Shown here in pieces: positions 52,828 to 64,000 of a DNA stretch of 64,000 nt. The DNA comes from Macrostomum lignano. Taxonomy: Eukaryota. Below the pieces are notes generated by a model. It saw only the letters and a program-made list of their open reading frames with translations. It searched no databases and was not told where the DNA came from. Every line of letters starts with the position of its first letter. Position 1 is the first letter of the stretch. A program made the position numbers and the translations under genes. The stretch spans positions 1-64,000 of the forward strand of contig NIVC01000087.1 in the NCBI GenBank assembly GCA_002269645.1, written 5' to 3'.

Positions 52828-52974
52828 CTGTCAAAAGAGATGAATGACGCCTATCGTATTAGCTAAACCTCGGGATTCTAGAGTTTCTAAAAAAGGATAT
52901 TAGAATCCAAGAAAATTCGAGAACGAGACTTGCCGCAATTCAAGAATTGCTGTTCTCAGAAGCTCAGAAAGGGG

Positions 52975-53625
52975 TATCCGAATTCCAGAATGGGATATTC
53001 CAGAATTCCAGAATGGGATATTCCAGAATCCCAGAATGGGATATTCCAGAATTCCAAAATGGGATATTCCAGAATTCCAGAATGGGATATTCCTGAATTC
53101 CAGAATGGGGATCCCAGAATTCCAGAATGGGGATCCCAAAATTCCAGAATCCCAGAATGGGGATCCCAGAATTCCAGAATGGGGATCTCAGAATTCCAGA
53201 ATGGGGATCTCAGAATCCCAGAATCCCAGAATGGGGATCCCAGAATCCCAGAATGGGGATCCCAGAATTCCAGACTGGGGATCCTATCCAGAATGGGGAT
53301 CACAGAATCCCAGACTGGGGATCCCAGAATCCCAGAATGGGGATCACAGAATCCCAGACTGGGGATCCCAGAATCCCAGAATGGGGATCACAGAATCCCA
53401 GACTGGGGATCCCAGAATCCCAGAATGGGGATCTCAGAATCCCAGAATGGGGATCCCAGAATTCCAGAATGGGGGTCCCAGAATCTCAGAATGGGGATCC
53501 CAGAATCCCAGAATGGGGATCCCAGAATTCCAGAATGGGGATCTCAGAATCCCAGAATGGGGATCCCAGAATCCCAGAATGGGGATCCCAGAATCCCAGA
53601 ATGGGGATCCCAGAATTCCAGAATA
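52975..53625. repeat. ~22-bp minisatellite CAGAATGGGGATCCCAGAAT(C/T)C in NR-2 intron 2
   Basis: Direct tandem copies. Confidence 0.95.
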
Positions 53626-53683
53626 ATGCCAGATAATGCCAGATATGATGAGAATCACCTCCCACGCCACCCAATTAACTTGC

Positions 53684-54056
53684 CTTGTCCTGCATTGGCA
53701 GCGGGCCAAATCCGGGCACAGCTTTGGCAAACTTGACCAGGTCAGCAATCAGCCTGTCCGTGCACAGCGTCAGCGTGTAGGCCAGCCTGGCCGGGGTCTC
53801 GGCCACGCCGCTAGCAGACACGTCGCTAAGGCTAAACGTTGGAGAATCGATAGTGGCCAGCTGGCTCAGCAGAGTTAACGACTGCACTGCCGCAGGCGAA
53901 TGCGGGTGCGGGGGCGGGAGCGGAGACGGCGGAGGAGGCAGCGGAAGTGTAGCGGCGGAAGTAGCTGCGGCGGTAGAGGCAGAAGCGCCATTGGCAGAAG
54001 GGAAACTCGCCGTTGGCTGATTAGGAAAGTCGGAGATCGATGAAGGTGGCTGGGAG
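53684..54056 (-). CDS. Nuclear receptor NR-2, exon 2 (hinge and LBD helix 3)
   Basis: ...LIADLVKFAKAVPGFGPLPMQDK; GC-type donor AAG|GCAAGT; acceptor CATTACAG at 54057 gives phase 2, matching exon 1. Confidence 0.8.
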
Positions 54057-54228
54057 CTGTAATGGAGAGGTATTTCATGGAATAATATGGGATTACACTC
54101 CGGCTTTAAGGATCCCAAATATTTGACATCTGGGGGCATTAACAACCTCGAAATCAAAGGATCTGGGGAGCATTGTAACCTGGGAATTGTTGGGATCTGG
54201 AGGGGTGATTGGGATCTGGAGGGATTAA

Positions 54229-55621
54229 CAGTAGAACTACCAAGAGGGGGGATTTCCCCCCTCTGACAATTTTTTTGCTGCGCCGGAACGGAGCAACACA
54301 GGCACACGAAATTCAAGAACACGGGCTTTAACTAACTTTTTGTTGCGCACCTTCTCAAACAAGAATCAAGTCGCCAGCCCTCCAGATCGTCGAGATATTC
54401 GACGATTCTGCCAGAAGGTCGGATTCTTCCCATAAGTGCTAGTGTATTCAGTACACCCCTGTGCGCCAATCAGCACTGCGCCTCACTGCAGCCTTGCCAA
54501 GTCTCCAAATTTCATCAGCACGTCGAACACATGTGTCTGCATCAGTTCTGACTTCGTTGGTCACTAGCCTTCACCCAAGTGGAGCTTCTGGACCCTCAAC
54601 AGCTGTGGCACCAGGTGACTATGAACACCCTGATGCGGATTTCTCTAGTTTCGCTGATCAAGCCTTGACAGTGGGCAAGCCTCAACCGCCAGACATTCTC
54701 AGCTGGTCTCTCGAGCCTTGACGAAAGAGCATGATGAAAAATCACGCTCAGGTGTCCTTAATCACCCGGTGCCACTTGTTGAAGGTGCCGACGGCGTCGG
54801 GGTGATGACTGAAGGCTCGAGAGACTAGCTGAGGATGTCCGGCAGTTGAGGTTTGCCCATTATTGACGCTTGATAAGAAAAATCTGACATAGCTCCAACA
54901 GGCTCTTCATAGTCACCTGGTGCCACCTGTTGAAGGTGCCGACGGCGTCAGGGTGATGGCTGAATGCTTGACTGACGAGCTGAGGATGTCCAGCAGTTGA
55001 TTTTTGCCCACGGTCGAGGCTTGATCGGCGAAACTCGAGAAATTCGCATCAGGGTGTTCATAGTCGCCTGGTGTCATCTTTTGAAGGTGCCGACGGCGTC
55101 CGGGTGAAGACTAAATGCTCTAGAGACCAGCTGAGAATACCTAGCAGTTGAGGCTTGCCCACTGTCAAGGTTTGATCAGCGAAACTAGAGAAATTCGTAT
55201 CAGGGTGTTCATAGTCACCTGGTGCCACCTGTTGAGGGTCCAGAAGCTCCACTTGGGTGAAGGCTATTGACCAACGAAGTCAGAGCTGATGCAGACACAT
55301 GTGCTCGACGTGCTGATGGAATTTGGAGACTTGGCAAGGCTGCAGTGAGGCGCAGTGCTGATTGGCGCACAGGGGTGTACTGAATACACTAGCACTTATG
55401 GGAAGAATCCGACCTTCTGGCAGAATCGTCGAATATCTCGACGGTCCGAAGGGCTGGCGACTTGATTCTTGTTTGAGAAGGTGCGCAACAAAAAGTTAGC
55501 CCGTGTTCTTGAATTTCGTGTGCCTGTGTTGCTCCGTTCCGGCGCAGCAAAAATTTGTCAGAGGGGGATTCCCCCCTCTTGGTAGTTCGACGGGCGGAAA
55601 AATGGCTTGGTATTCCTACTG
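54229..55621. mobile_element. Foldback-like non-autonomous DNA element (1,393 bp): ~480-bp terminal inverted arms, internal ~150-bp subrepeats, flanked by TTAA
   Basis: Left arm (~54229-54715) is the reverse complement of the right arm (~55105-55621) apart from a ~27-bp indel; termini CAGTAG...CTACTG; TTAA at 54225-54228 and 55622-55625. Confidence 0.85.
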
Positions 55622-55639
55622 TTAATGGTTGGTAACTGG

Positions 55640-57150
55640 GGAGAATTAATGGGATCTGGGGGGTTAATGGGATCGGGGGGGGGTAATGGTATCGGGGGGA
55701 GGTTAATGGTATCTGGGGTGGGGTTAATGGTATCTGGGGTGGGGTTAATGGTATCTGGGGTGTGGGTTAATGGTATCTGGGGTGGGGGTTAATGGTATCT
55801 GGGGTGGGGGTTAATGGTATCTGGGGTGGGGGTTAATGGTATCTGGGGTGGGGGTTAATGGTATCTGGGGTGGGGGTTAATGGTATCTGGGGTGGGGGTT
55901 AATGGTATCTGGGGTGGGGGTTAATGGTATCTGGGTGGGGGTTAATGGTATCTGGGGTGTGGGTTAATGGTATGGGCGGGTTAATGGTATCTGGGGTGGG
56001 GGTTAATGGGATCTGGGAGGGTTAATGGTGTCTGGGGGTTAATGGGATGTGGGGTAGAGTTTGGATGGTATCTGGGGTGGGGTTAATGGTATCTGGGGTA
56101 GGGGTTAATGGTATCTGGGGTGGGGGTTAATGGTATCTGGGGTGGGGGTTAATGCTATCTGGGGTGGGGGTTAATGGTATCTGGGGTGGGGGTTAATGGT
56201 ATCTGGGTGGGGGTTAATGGTATCTGGGGTAGGGGTTAATGGTATCTGGGGTAGGGGTTAATGGTATCTGGGGTGGGGGTTAATGGTATGGGGGGGTTAA
56301 TGGTATCTGGGGTGGGGGTTAATGGTATCTAGGGTAGGGGTTAATGGTATCTGGGGTGGGGGTTAATGGTATCTGGGTGGGGGTTAATGGTATCTGGGGT
56401 AGGGGTTAATGGTATCTGGGGTAGGGGTTAATGATATCTGGGGTGTGGGTTAATGGTATGGGGGGGTTAATGGTATCTGGGGTGGGGGTTAATGGTATCT
56501 AGGGTAGGGGTTAATGGTATCTGGGGTGGGGGTTAATGGTATCTGGGGTGGGGGTTAATGGTATCTGGGGTGGGGGTTAATGGTATCTGGGGTGGGGGTT
56601 AATGGTATCTGGGTGGGGGTTAATGGTATCTGGGGTAGGGGTTAATGGTATCTGGGGTGGGGGTTAATGGTATCTGGGGTGTGGGTTAATGGTATGGGCG
56701 GGTTAATGGTATCTGGGGTGGGGGTTAATGGGATCTGGGAGGGTTAATGGTGTCTGGGGGTTAATGGGATGTGGGGTAGAGTTTGGATGGTATCTGGGGT
56801 GGGGGTTAATGGTATCTGGGTGGGGGTTAATGGTATCTGGGGTGGGGGTTAATGGTATCTGGGTGGGGTTAATGGTATCTGGGGTGGGGGTTAATGGTAT
56901 CTGGGGTGGGGGTTAATGCTATCTGGGGTGGGGGTTAATGGTATCTGGGGTGGGGGTTAATGGTATCTGGGGTGTGGGTTAATGGTATGGGCGGGTTAAT
57001 GGTATCTGGGGTGGGGTTAATGGATCTGGGAGGGTTAATGGTGTCTGGGGGTTAATGGGATGTGGGGTAGAGTTTGGATGGGATCTGGGGGGGGGGGTTA
57101 ATGGGATCTGAGGAGATTTAATGGGATCTGAGGAGATTTGATGGGATCTG
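55640..57150. repeat. 22-bp G-rich minisatellite TTAATGGTATCTGGGGTGGGGG in NR-2 intron 1
   Basis: ttaat at 55811 and 55833; a higher-order variant block recurs near 56008, 56728 and 57020. Confidence 0.96.
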
Positions 57151-57287
57151 AGTCTATATGTATGCAGCGCATCCTAGGAACCAGGACGTTAAGACTGCCG
57201 AACAGGAGTCCATTAAAATGGTTTAAGCTTCTTTGGTACATTCGCCAAATATGAGTCGATATTCAAGCTCATACTACAAGTGCCAAC

Positions 57288-57700
57288 CTAGCATTGCCTT
57301 CCTGCTGCTGCTGCTGCTGAGGACGCAGCCTTGGATACCGCTTGGTCTCTGTGCCGGCTTCAACGCTGCGCAGCAGACCCGGTCGCATGTTGGCGCGCAG
57401 ACAGCGGCGCCACCGGCAGGCGGGGCACTGCTTCCTATTGGGCTCGCGCACCGGGCACAGCTGATCATCGCTGGCGCCAGACAGGCGCCTGGCGCACTGG
57501 TAAGTCAGGCAGGAGTGCACGGTGCGTTTGAAAAACGTTTTACAAGCGTTGCACGTGGCCGCGCCGTAGTGAACGCCGGTTGCGCGCAGGTCGCACACGG
57601 AGCAGCCGCCCAGCAGGTCAACAATCGGCCACTGCTCAGCCGGGGCAGCGGCCGCTTCGTCGACATCAATGGCCGTGTCCTTCGTCTGGCCCGCCAGCAT
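57288..57700 (-). CDS. Nuclear receptor NR-2, exon 1 (complete DBD, P-box CNACKT); spliced product ~434 aa
   Basis: [37 protein letters not shown]...[19 protein letters not shown]; ATG 57700; donor AG|GTTGGC at 57287, phase 2. Confidence 0.88.
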
Positions 57701-59274
57701 GCAAAAAAATGATTTCTAAGAAAGTTACACTAGATTTTCAGGTATTTCTACGAAATCAAAGCCTACATGTAGTTAGCTCAAATTTTAAAGAAACATACTG
57801 GTCAGTTTTTGTTAATTTTTAAAGAAAAAATTAGGATTAATTTTAGCGCTTCTAAGAAATATAATAGGGTTTCTGTGAATTTTAACGATAGTTTCGGTCA
57901 GTTTCCTAGAAATAAAAGTTCGTCTACGTCACTTTCTAAGAAGCCAATTTTCTCAATTACTAAGAAATGTAAGGCTATTCATTACCAATTTGATTTCTAA
58001 GAATCAGAGTTGATTTTTAACTATTTAAAAAAAGTATGTCTATGTTTATAAGAAATACAGGGCTTCAATTTATGTCAGTTTCTAAGAAATGAATCGTTGG
58101 CTTTTTGATTTTCAAAGAAGTCTGTGGTTAGTTTTACAGATTTTTTAAAGATGCAGTTAAGTTTAAATAGGTTAGTCTTAAACTCTTTCTAAGAAATCTT
58201 GGGTACTCCTTAAAAGTTAAAGACCAGTTGTTGGCTTAGGGCTAATTTCTAATTTAAAAAGTAGGGTAGCTTCAGAAAATTTTTCTCGAATTCTATGCCC
58301 TATTTTAGACAGTAAAATAAAAAAAAACAGAAAAGTCACAGTGTTGCAATTGCAGCAGCAGTTAGAATTCGCTCTGCTAACTGAAAGCTTCTTTAATACA
58401 ACAAGCAACAAAAAGCAGCAATTCAGCAGCCAGATCTGACAGTAATGTATCCGGCCATCAGGAAATTTATTGCGCTTATTCTTTCATTGCTCCTCATTGC
58501 GCAAATTCCTATTTTCAGTTAAACCTCTCCTACTGTGAAAGTGATGCAATACAAATAAAAAAATTAAAACTGGGTGATTATTTTATGTTGAATAAATATA
58601 TTACACATATGCTTTTTGCTCTAACTGATTATAATTCGTAATAAATGCCACAACAACTTTCCGGATGGCCAGATATTAAATCAATACTAATAAGTACTCT
58701 CTGCACTTCCTCCGACAACAGACAAAAAACAATAGCAATAATGAAAAGCTTGCGAGAAAATAACATTTAGATTCATCTCAGCTATGACAGAACAAGATTC
58801 GCCAGCACAATGCCAGCTATACTACTCATAGCAAACACAAACGCATCGGGGTGTATTTTTCTAGACGATTTTATGAAAATTTATATGGCGCTTTTCATTT
58901 TTTACAATCCGGATTTGCGAATGCGAGGGTGAGGCAGTTAAACAAACACGCAAAGTGCACATTGTTCTATGCTATTACTATACTAATCAACATCTGCATA
59001 GCTAATTAGCTGATAAACTTAACGAAGTACAACGTATAGCACATTGATTAAAAATGAAAGCAATCTGTTGAAACTTTTAAAATTTAAACTGATGCCAAAA
59101 TGTACACACAGATAAAATAGACCGGCACAGGTAATGTTAATCTGACTAGAGATCAGTCCCGAGCTTGAACCCGCTTAGCAATGATTGAGGCTTGGAAGAT
59201 TTGTCTGAGGCAAAATTAGACAATCAGATACCAGATTGGTCTAATATAAGTATATAAGTATGGAAATTATAGAT

Positions 59275-59524
59275 AATAAACACTATCCCATTGTTTATCA
59301 ATGAGCAATAAACACTATCCCATTGTTTATCAGTGAGCAATAAACACTATCCCATTGTTTATCAGTGAGCAATAAACACTATCCCATTGTTTATCAGTGA
59401 GCAATAAACACTATCCCATTGTTCATCAGTGAGCAATAAACACTATCCCATTGTTTATCAGTGAGCAATAAACACTATCCCATTGTTTATCAGCGAGCAA
59501 TAAACACTATCCCATTGTTTATCA
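59275..59524. repeat. 32-bp minisatellite ATCAGTGAGCAATAAACACTATCCCATTGTTT starting at the NR-3 stop codon
   Basis: cactatccc at 59281 and 59313; the terminal unit overlaps TGA 59522-59524. Confidence 0.93.
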
Positions 59525-59983
59525 GTTTCCACCTCCTTTGAAACACTCGGAAGCGGCGGCTTTATCTGCGGCGCTCTGCATAGCGGCCAAATCCGAGGAT
59601 ATTCGGGGCACCTGGCCGAGGGAGAATTTCAGCATCTCGGACATCAGCGGCGGCGGCAGGAATGTGGTCCGCTGCATCACCCGGGACCAGTATCCGACTG
59701 AGAATACCTGTATAGCGGACAGCATGCCGCTCAGAGACAGCAGCTTGCCTCGGCGAGCATTGTCCGGACAGATGGTCCGCAGCTCCCGCAGGTAGGTGGC
59801 CTGGGCGGCCTGGATCTGCTCCGGCTGGCGCCATTCGTCCAGTGGGGGCGCGGCGTCGAATAGAAACACCAATTTGAGCAGGAGGAACTCCGCCCAGGTG
59901 ACGCCTGTGCTGGTCAGCAGGCGGGCCAGACACCGCATCTGGCTGCCGCAGCGAACCGGGATCAGGCCGGCCACGCTGGAGGC
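59522..59983 (-). CDS. ERR/NR3-like nuclear receptor NR-3, exon 2 (C-terminal LBD)
   Basis: EFLLLKLVFLF...YLRELRTICPDNARRGKLL...LMSEMLKF; acceptor GTCCCGCAG at 59984, phase 0. Confidence 0.88.
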   Translation of the reverse strand, partial: ASSVAGLIPVRCGSQMRCLARLLTSTGVTWAEFLLLKLVFLFDAAPPLDEWRQPEQIQAAQATYLRELRTICPDNARRGKLLSLSGMLSAIQVFSVGYWSRVMQRTTFLPPPLMSEMLKFSLGQVPRISSDLAAMQSAADKAAASECFKGGGN

Positions 59984-60117
59984 CTGCGGGACAGATGATG
60001 ACAAAATATATCAGCTTTTTATAAGCTTGTTTGCCATTGTTTCTACTGACAGTAGGCTGTTGCAGTACGGGCTTGAAGTTTCGGCATAGAGTGCCTGCGA
60101 AGCTACAGACCACGCCT

Positions 60118-60345
60118 GTGGATCTGGGAAGGTGGCAGTGGCCCAGAAACTGAGGATCTGGGAGGCTGGCCCAGCAACTGGGGATCTGGGAGGCTGGCCC
60201 AGCAACTGGGGATCTGGGAGGCTGGCTCAGCAACTGAGGATCTGGGAGGCTGGCCCAGCAACTGACACTCTGGGAGGCTGGCCCAGCAACTGCGGATCTG
60301 GGAGGCTGGTCCAGCAACTGAGGATCTGGGGATCTGGGAGGCTGG
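60118..60345. repeat. ~28-bp minisatellite GGATCTGGGAGGCTGGCCCAGCAACTG in the NR-3 intron
   Basis: Direct tandem copies. Confidence 0.88.
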
Positions 60346-60671
60346 CGCAGTGTTAGCGATGAGTTCTTTCAGTTTCATCTTTACATGACTACAAAGGAAA
60401 GGATAATTGGAGAAGCAGGAACTGACGACTCTTTGTCGTCAAAGGAAAACTTACGGAAGCCAAAGCGAAAACACTTTGCTAGGCTAAAAATGCTTTGCTG
60501 ACTTCTGAAAATACGAGTACTTCCCACGATTAAGCACCTGGGATCACAGGGCACCAGCTGCTGTGCGAAGCGATAACAAAAGCATATCCTGTCTTTTGCC
60601 CCCCCCCCTCCCGACCAGTTCTGGCAGTTGAAACGCTTCGGTTAAAAACATCGCTTTTTTGCTTGTCCATT

Positions 60672-60856
<185 letters not shown>

Positions 60857-61103
60857 AGCTCGATTGCAGGCGCGGCAAACGAGTTTTAACTACACTTCTC
60901 TAGAGTAGCGCCAGCTGAGTAGCAGCTGACTGGATTCGAATCCGAGCATGTGCCAGCAGCGTACGTATGATCCGTGCGCGTACTTAAGGGCCAGCGAAAT
61001 TCTAGCTGTTAGCTGTTGGTCAACTGTTGTTTTGGCACTCTTCAAATAAATATAAATCAATCAATCAATCAGTCAGCCTGACGATCAGTCAGCCAGTCCT
61101 CAC

Positions 61104-61955
61104 CTGATCCTCCCTCAGCGCATAGCTGGCCGAGAACTTCAGACTGCCATCGTAGGGCACAGAACTGTAGGCCACCTGCCACACAGTCAGGCTGAGCCAG
61201 TGCATCTGCAGCAATCGAACCCGGTCCTCCATAGGCAGCTGAGTGAATTCAGTCAGTCGTTTAGAAAAATCAATCAGATCAACGGCCAGTTTATTAGTGG
61301 CGGCACCCAGCTGAGCAGTGTGCTCATCCGACTGGCCTAGGGAGCCGGCGGGCGAGCTGACGGACGCGGCCGATAGCTGCTCAGCATCCGCCTGCTGATG
61401 AAGCTGATCATCTGGGGTGCACTCGTTGAGCAGCTCGGTCAGTCGGCATACCAGGGCGCTCCGGTTCGATGCCTGATGGTCGCCCTGGACGGGCCGCTGA
61501 GCCAGCAGCTGGCGCATGTAGACAGGCGGCTCGCGGCCCAACGGCAGGCTGGCGGCTGATGCTGCAGCTTCGGCTGTTTCAACGCTGTCAACCGCCGGCT
61601 GACTGCAGGAATCAGTCAGCAGAGTCGCCCCCGCTGATGCCTCAGCCGATGCAGGAGGAAGAAGAGCAGCTGTAGGCGATGAGCAGCGGACCAGAGCGGT
61701 CTGCATGCGGGCCTCCAGACAGCGGACCCACCGGCAGGCAGGGCAATGCCGCTTGCGACTGCTCTTGGGCACCGGGCAGCGGGAGCCGGAGCGCTGCACC
61801 GGGCAGAAGTAGGTCACGCAAGAGTGCACAGTGCGCTTGAAAAATGCTTTACAAGCCTCGCAGGTTACTGCGCCGTAATGATGACCAGTTGCTTTGCGGA
61901 AGCAGATACTGCAAGACTCGTCTTCTAGGAGCTGCTGCTGCTGCTGTTGGTACAT
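61104..61955 (-). CDS. Nuclear receptor NR-3, exon 1 (DBD with ERR-type P-box CEACKA, hinge, N-terminal LBD); spliced product ~437 aa
   Basis: [29 protein letters not shown]...CPACRWVRC; LIDFSKRLTEFTQLPMEDRVRLLQMHW...SVPYDGSLKFSASY; donor GTGAGG at 61103. Confidence 0.92.
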
Positions 61956-62494
61956 TGGTTGTTGCTTCTTTCGATATGAAATTAAAGTGTTGGATTCAAC
62001 AGGCGATAGGGTAAAGTCTCCGCATGCGCATACAAGCGTGTACTCAAAACCCGAAGCCAGTTCGTGCTAAATCTATTTTATTCTGGGGCCTAAAAGTATT
62101 TTTCGATCCTGTTCGGTTTGCGTCACACGGGAGTGGCGCTGATTGGCTGGGGGGGGGTGACAAGTGTCATGGAGAACTCTGAGGGTAGAGAGATACGCTA
62201 GCGAGGCCGTGAGCTCTAGAAAGGAAGACGAAATAAATATTGTACAAGGGAGGGGAAGAAGCGGTGGGTTTCAGGGGGAGCTTAGACGGGCTTCACTCCC
62301 GCCTTGAACCGAAGAAAGGGGAGAATAGTTGCAGGAAACTGCGACACGAGGATTAAGTAAACGACTCGCAAGAAAAAGGGTGGAAACAGGGAAAAGACAA
62401 ATAATAACATGCGTAATGGTCTCAGACTCTTTTTTATTTACGATAATTTGCTCATACAGGCCTTAACTACTGATGAACTTCTTATTTACTGCTG

Positions 62495-63420
62495 AAGCTA
62501 CAGACATACAGATTCAGCTACAGACATACAGATTCAGCTACAGACATACAGATTCAGCCACAGACATACAGATTCAGCTACAGACATACAGATTCAGCTA
62601 CAGACATACAGATTCAACTGTAGACATACAGATTCAACTACAGACATACAGATTCAGCTACAGACATACAGATTCAGCTACAGACATACAGATTCAGCTA
62701 CAGACATACAGATTCAACTGTAGACATACAGATTCAGCTACAGACATACAGATTCAGCTACAGACATACAGATTCAGCTACAGACATACAGATTCAGCTA
62801 CAGACATACAGATTCAGCTACAGACATACAGATTCAGCTACAGACATACAGATTCAACTGTAGACATACAGATTCAGCTACAGACATACAGATTCAGCTA
62901 CAGACATACAGATTCAGCTACAGACATACAGATTCAGCTACAGACATACAGATTCAGCTACAGACATACAGATTCAGCTACAGACATACAGATTCAGCTA
63001 CAGACATACAGATTCAGCCACAGACATACAGATTCAACTGTAGACATACAGATTCAGCTACAGACATACAGATTCAGCTACAGACATACAGATTCAGCTA
63101 CAGACATACAGATTCAGCTACAGACATACAGATTCAGCTACAGACATACAGATTCAGCTACAGACATACAGATTCAGCTACAGACATACAGATTCAGCTA
63201 CAGACATACAGATTCAGCCACAGACATACAGATTCAGCTACAGACATACAGATTCAGCTACAGACATACAGATTCAGCTACAGACATACAGATTCAGCCA
63301 CAGGCACACAGGTTCAGCCACAGACATACAGATTCAGCTACAGACATACAGATTCAGCCACAGACATACAGGTTCAGCTACAGACATACAGATTCAGCCA
63401 CAGACACATAGATTCAGCTC
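62495..63420. repeat. 20-bp minisatellite CAGACATACAGATTCAGCTA
   Basis: Period 20; ~46 copies. Confidence 0.97.
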
Positions 63421-64000
63421 ACCTACAGATTCGTATCGTATGAGTTATCTAGTCTAGTAAGTGTTGACTGAAATCAAGCCAGTTTCATAGCACATGTAAG
63501 AATAAAGCAAAAAGTGAGCTATATAGAAAAAGAGGTGGAGTCAGGACAAGCGAGAGCGCATCAAAAGTCCATCATATTAGCTTATCAATCTTGAGACACA
63601 TTTATTTAGGTCAGCAACAAGGAGATGGATTATATTATTGTCAATATAAACTCAACAAAAATAATCTGGGAAGAGCATTTTAGCAGTTTTCGAAAAAGTA
63701 CATATCTGTATTTTCTTCCCAGCAACAACAAGCGGTGCCTGGGAGTAGAAACTATTTAAAAGGTTACCTACTTCAGTTAATAAAGATTATACAGACAAAA
63801 AAATTCAATAAGCAATGTAATCCGATAGGGCCTGGCGGTACAAAAAAACAGATAAAAATACTTCTCTATTAGTAAAACAGCTTTAAAAACAATTGAGTAA
63901 TTCGATGTAAAGCCCAGCTATAGTAAATCTAACTCATATACTACTAAGAGTAGGGAACATTAAGGCACAAAAACGCCAATCGCATAGAGGAAAAATAGCA

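Noticed and set aside
50622-53748. Repeat ORFs (KDLSVCTLAGVG, IPEWGSQN etc.)
   Set aside because: Minisatellite translations; 52900-53748 lies within an NR-2 intron.
53684-57700. Treating the DBD ORF (57269-57700) and the LBD pieces (51730-54056) as two separate partial genes
   Set aside because: Splice phases match (phase-2 donor 57287, acceptor 54057) and give one continuous 434-aa receptor.
62473-63411. 312-aa ORF ATDIQIQLQTYRFSYRHTDS
   Set aside because: Translation of a 20-bp minisatellite cycling through all three frames.

Overview
Eukaryotic (animal) genomic DNA that is very rich in minisatellites, with GC-rich exons and repeat-filled introns. The style suggests a free-living flatworm such as Macrostomum (inference only). 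Protein-coding content: (1) the 3' ~6.5 kb of a giant repetitive + strand CDS built from ~39 copies of a 159-bp/53-aa Trp/Arg/Lys/Tyr/His-rich unit with no acidic residues, whose diverged copies differ mostly at synonymous sites; (2) a class A peptide-type GPCR with an intronless CDS; (3) ADRM1/Rpn13 (3 coding exons, - strand); (4) a Spec3/Stum-family membrane protein (3 exons, + strand); (5) a tandem cluster of three divergent ERR/NR3-like nuclear receptors on the - strand, with altered P-boxes, extended D-boxes and no shared intron positions. Mobile DNA: an hAT-type MITE with an 8-bp TSD, a small TIR MITE, a tRNA-headed CORE-like SINE with a 10-bp TSD, and a 1.4-kb foldback element flanked by TTAA. 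About 25 micro/minisatellite arrays account for most of the long low-complexity ORFs in the track. All exon boundaries were read by eye from GT(GC)-AG sites and frame continuity; no database searches were run.
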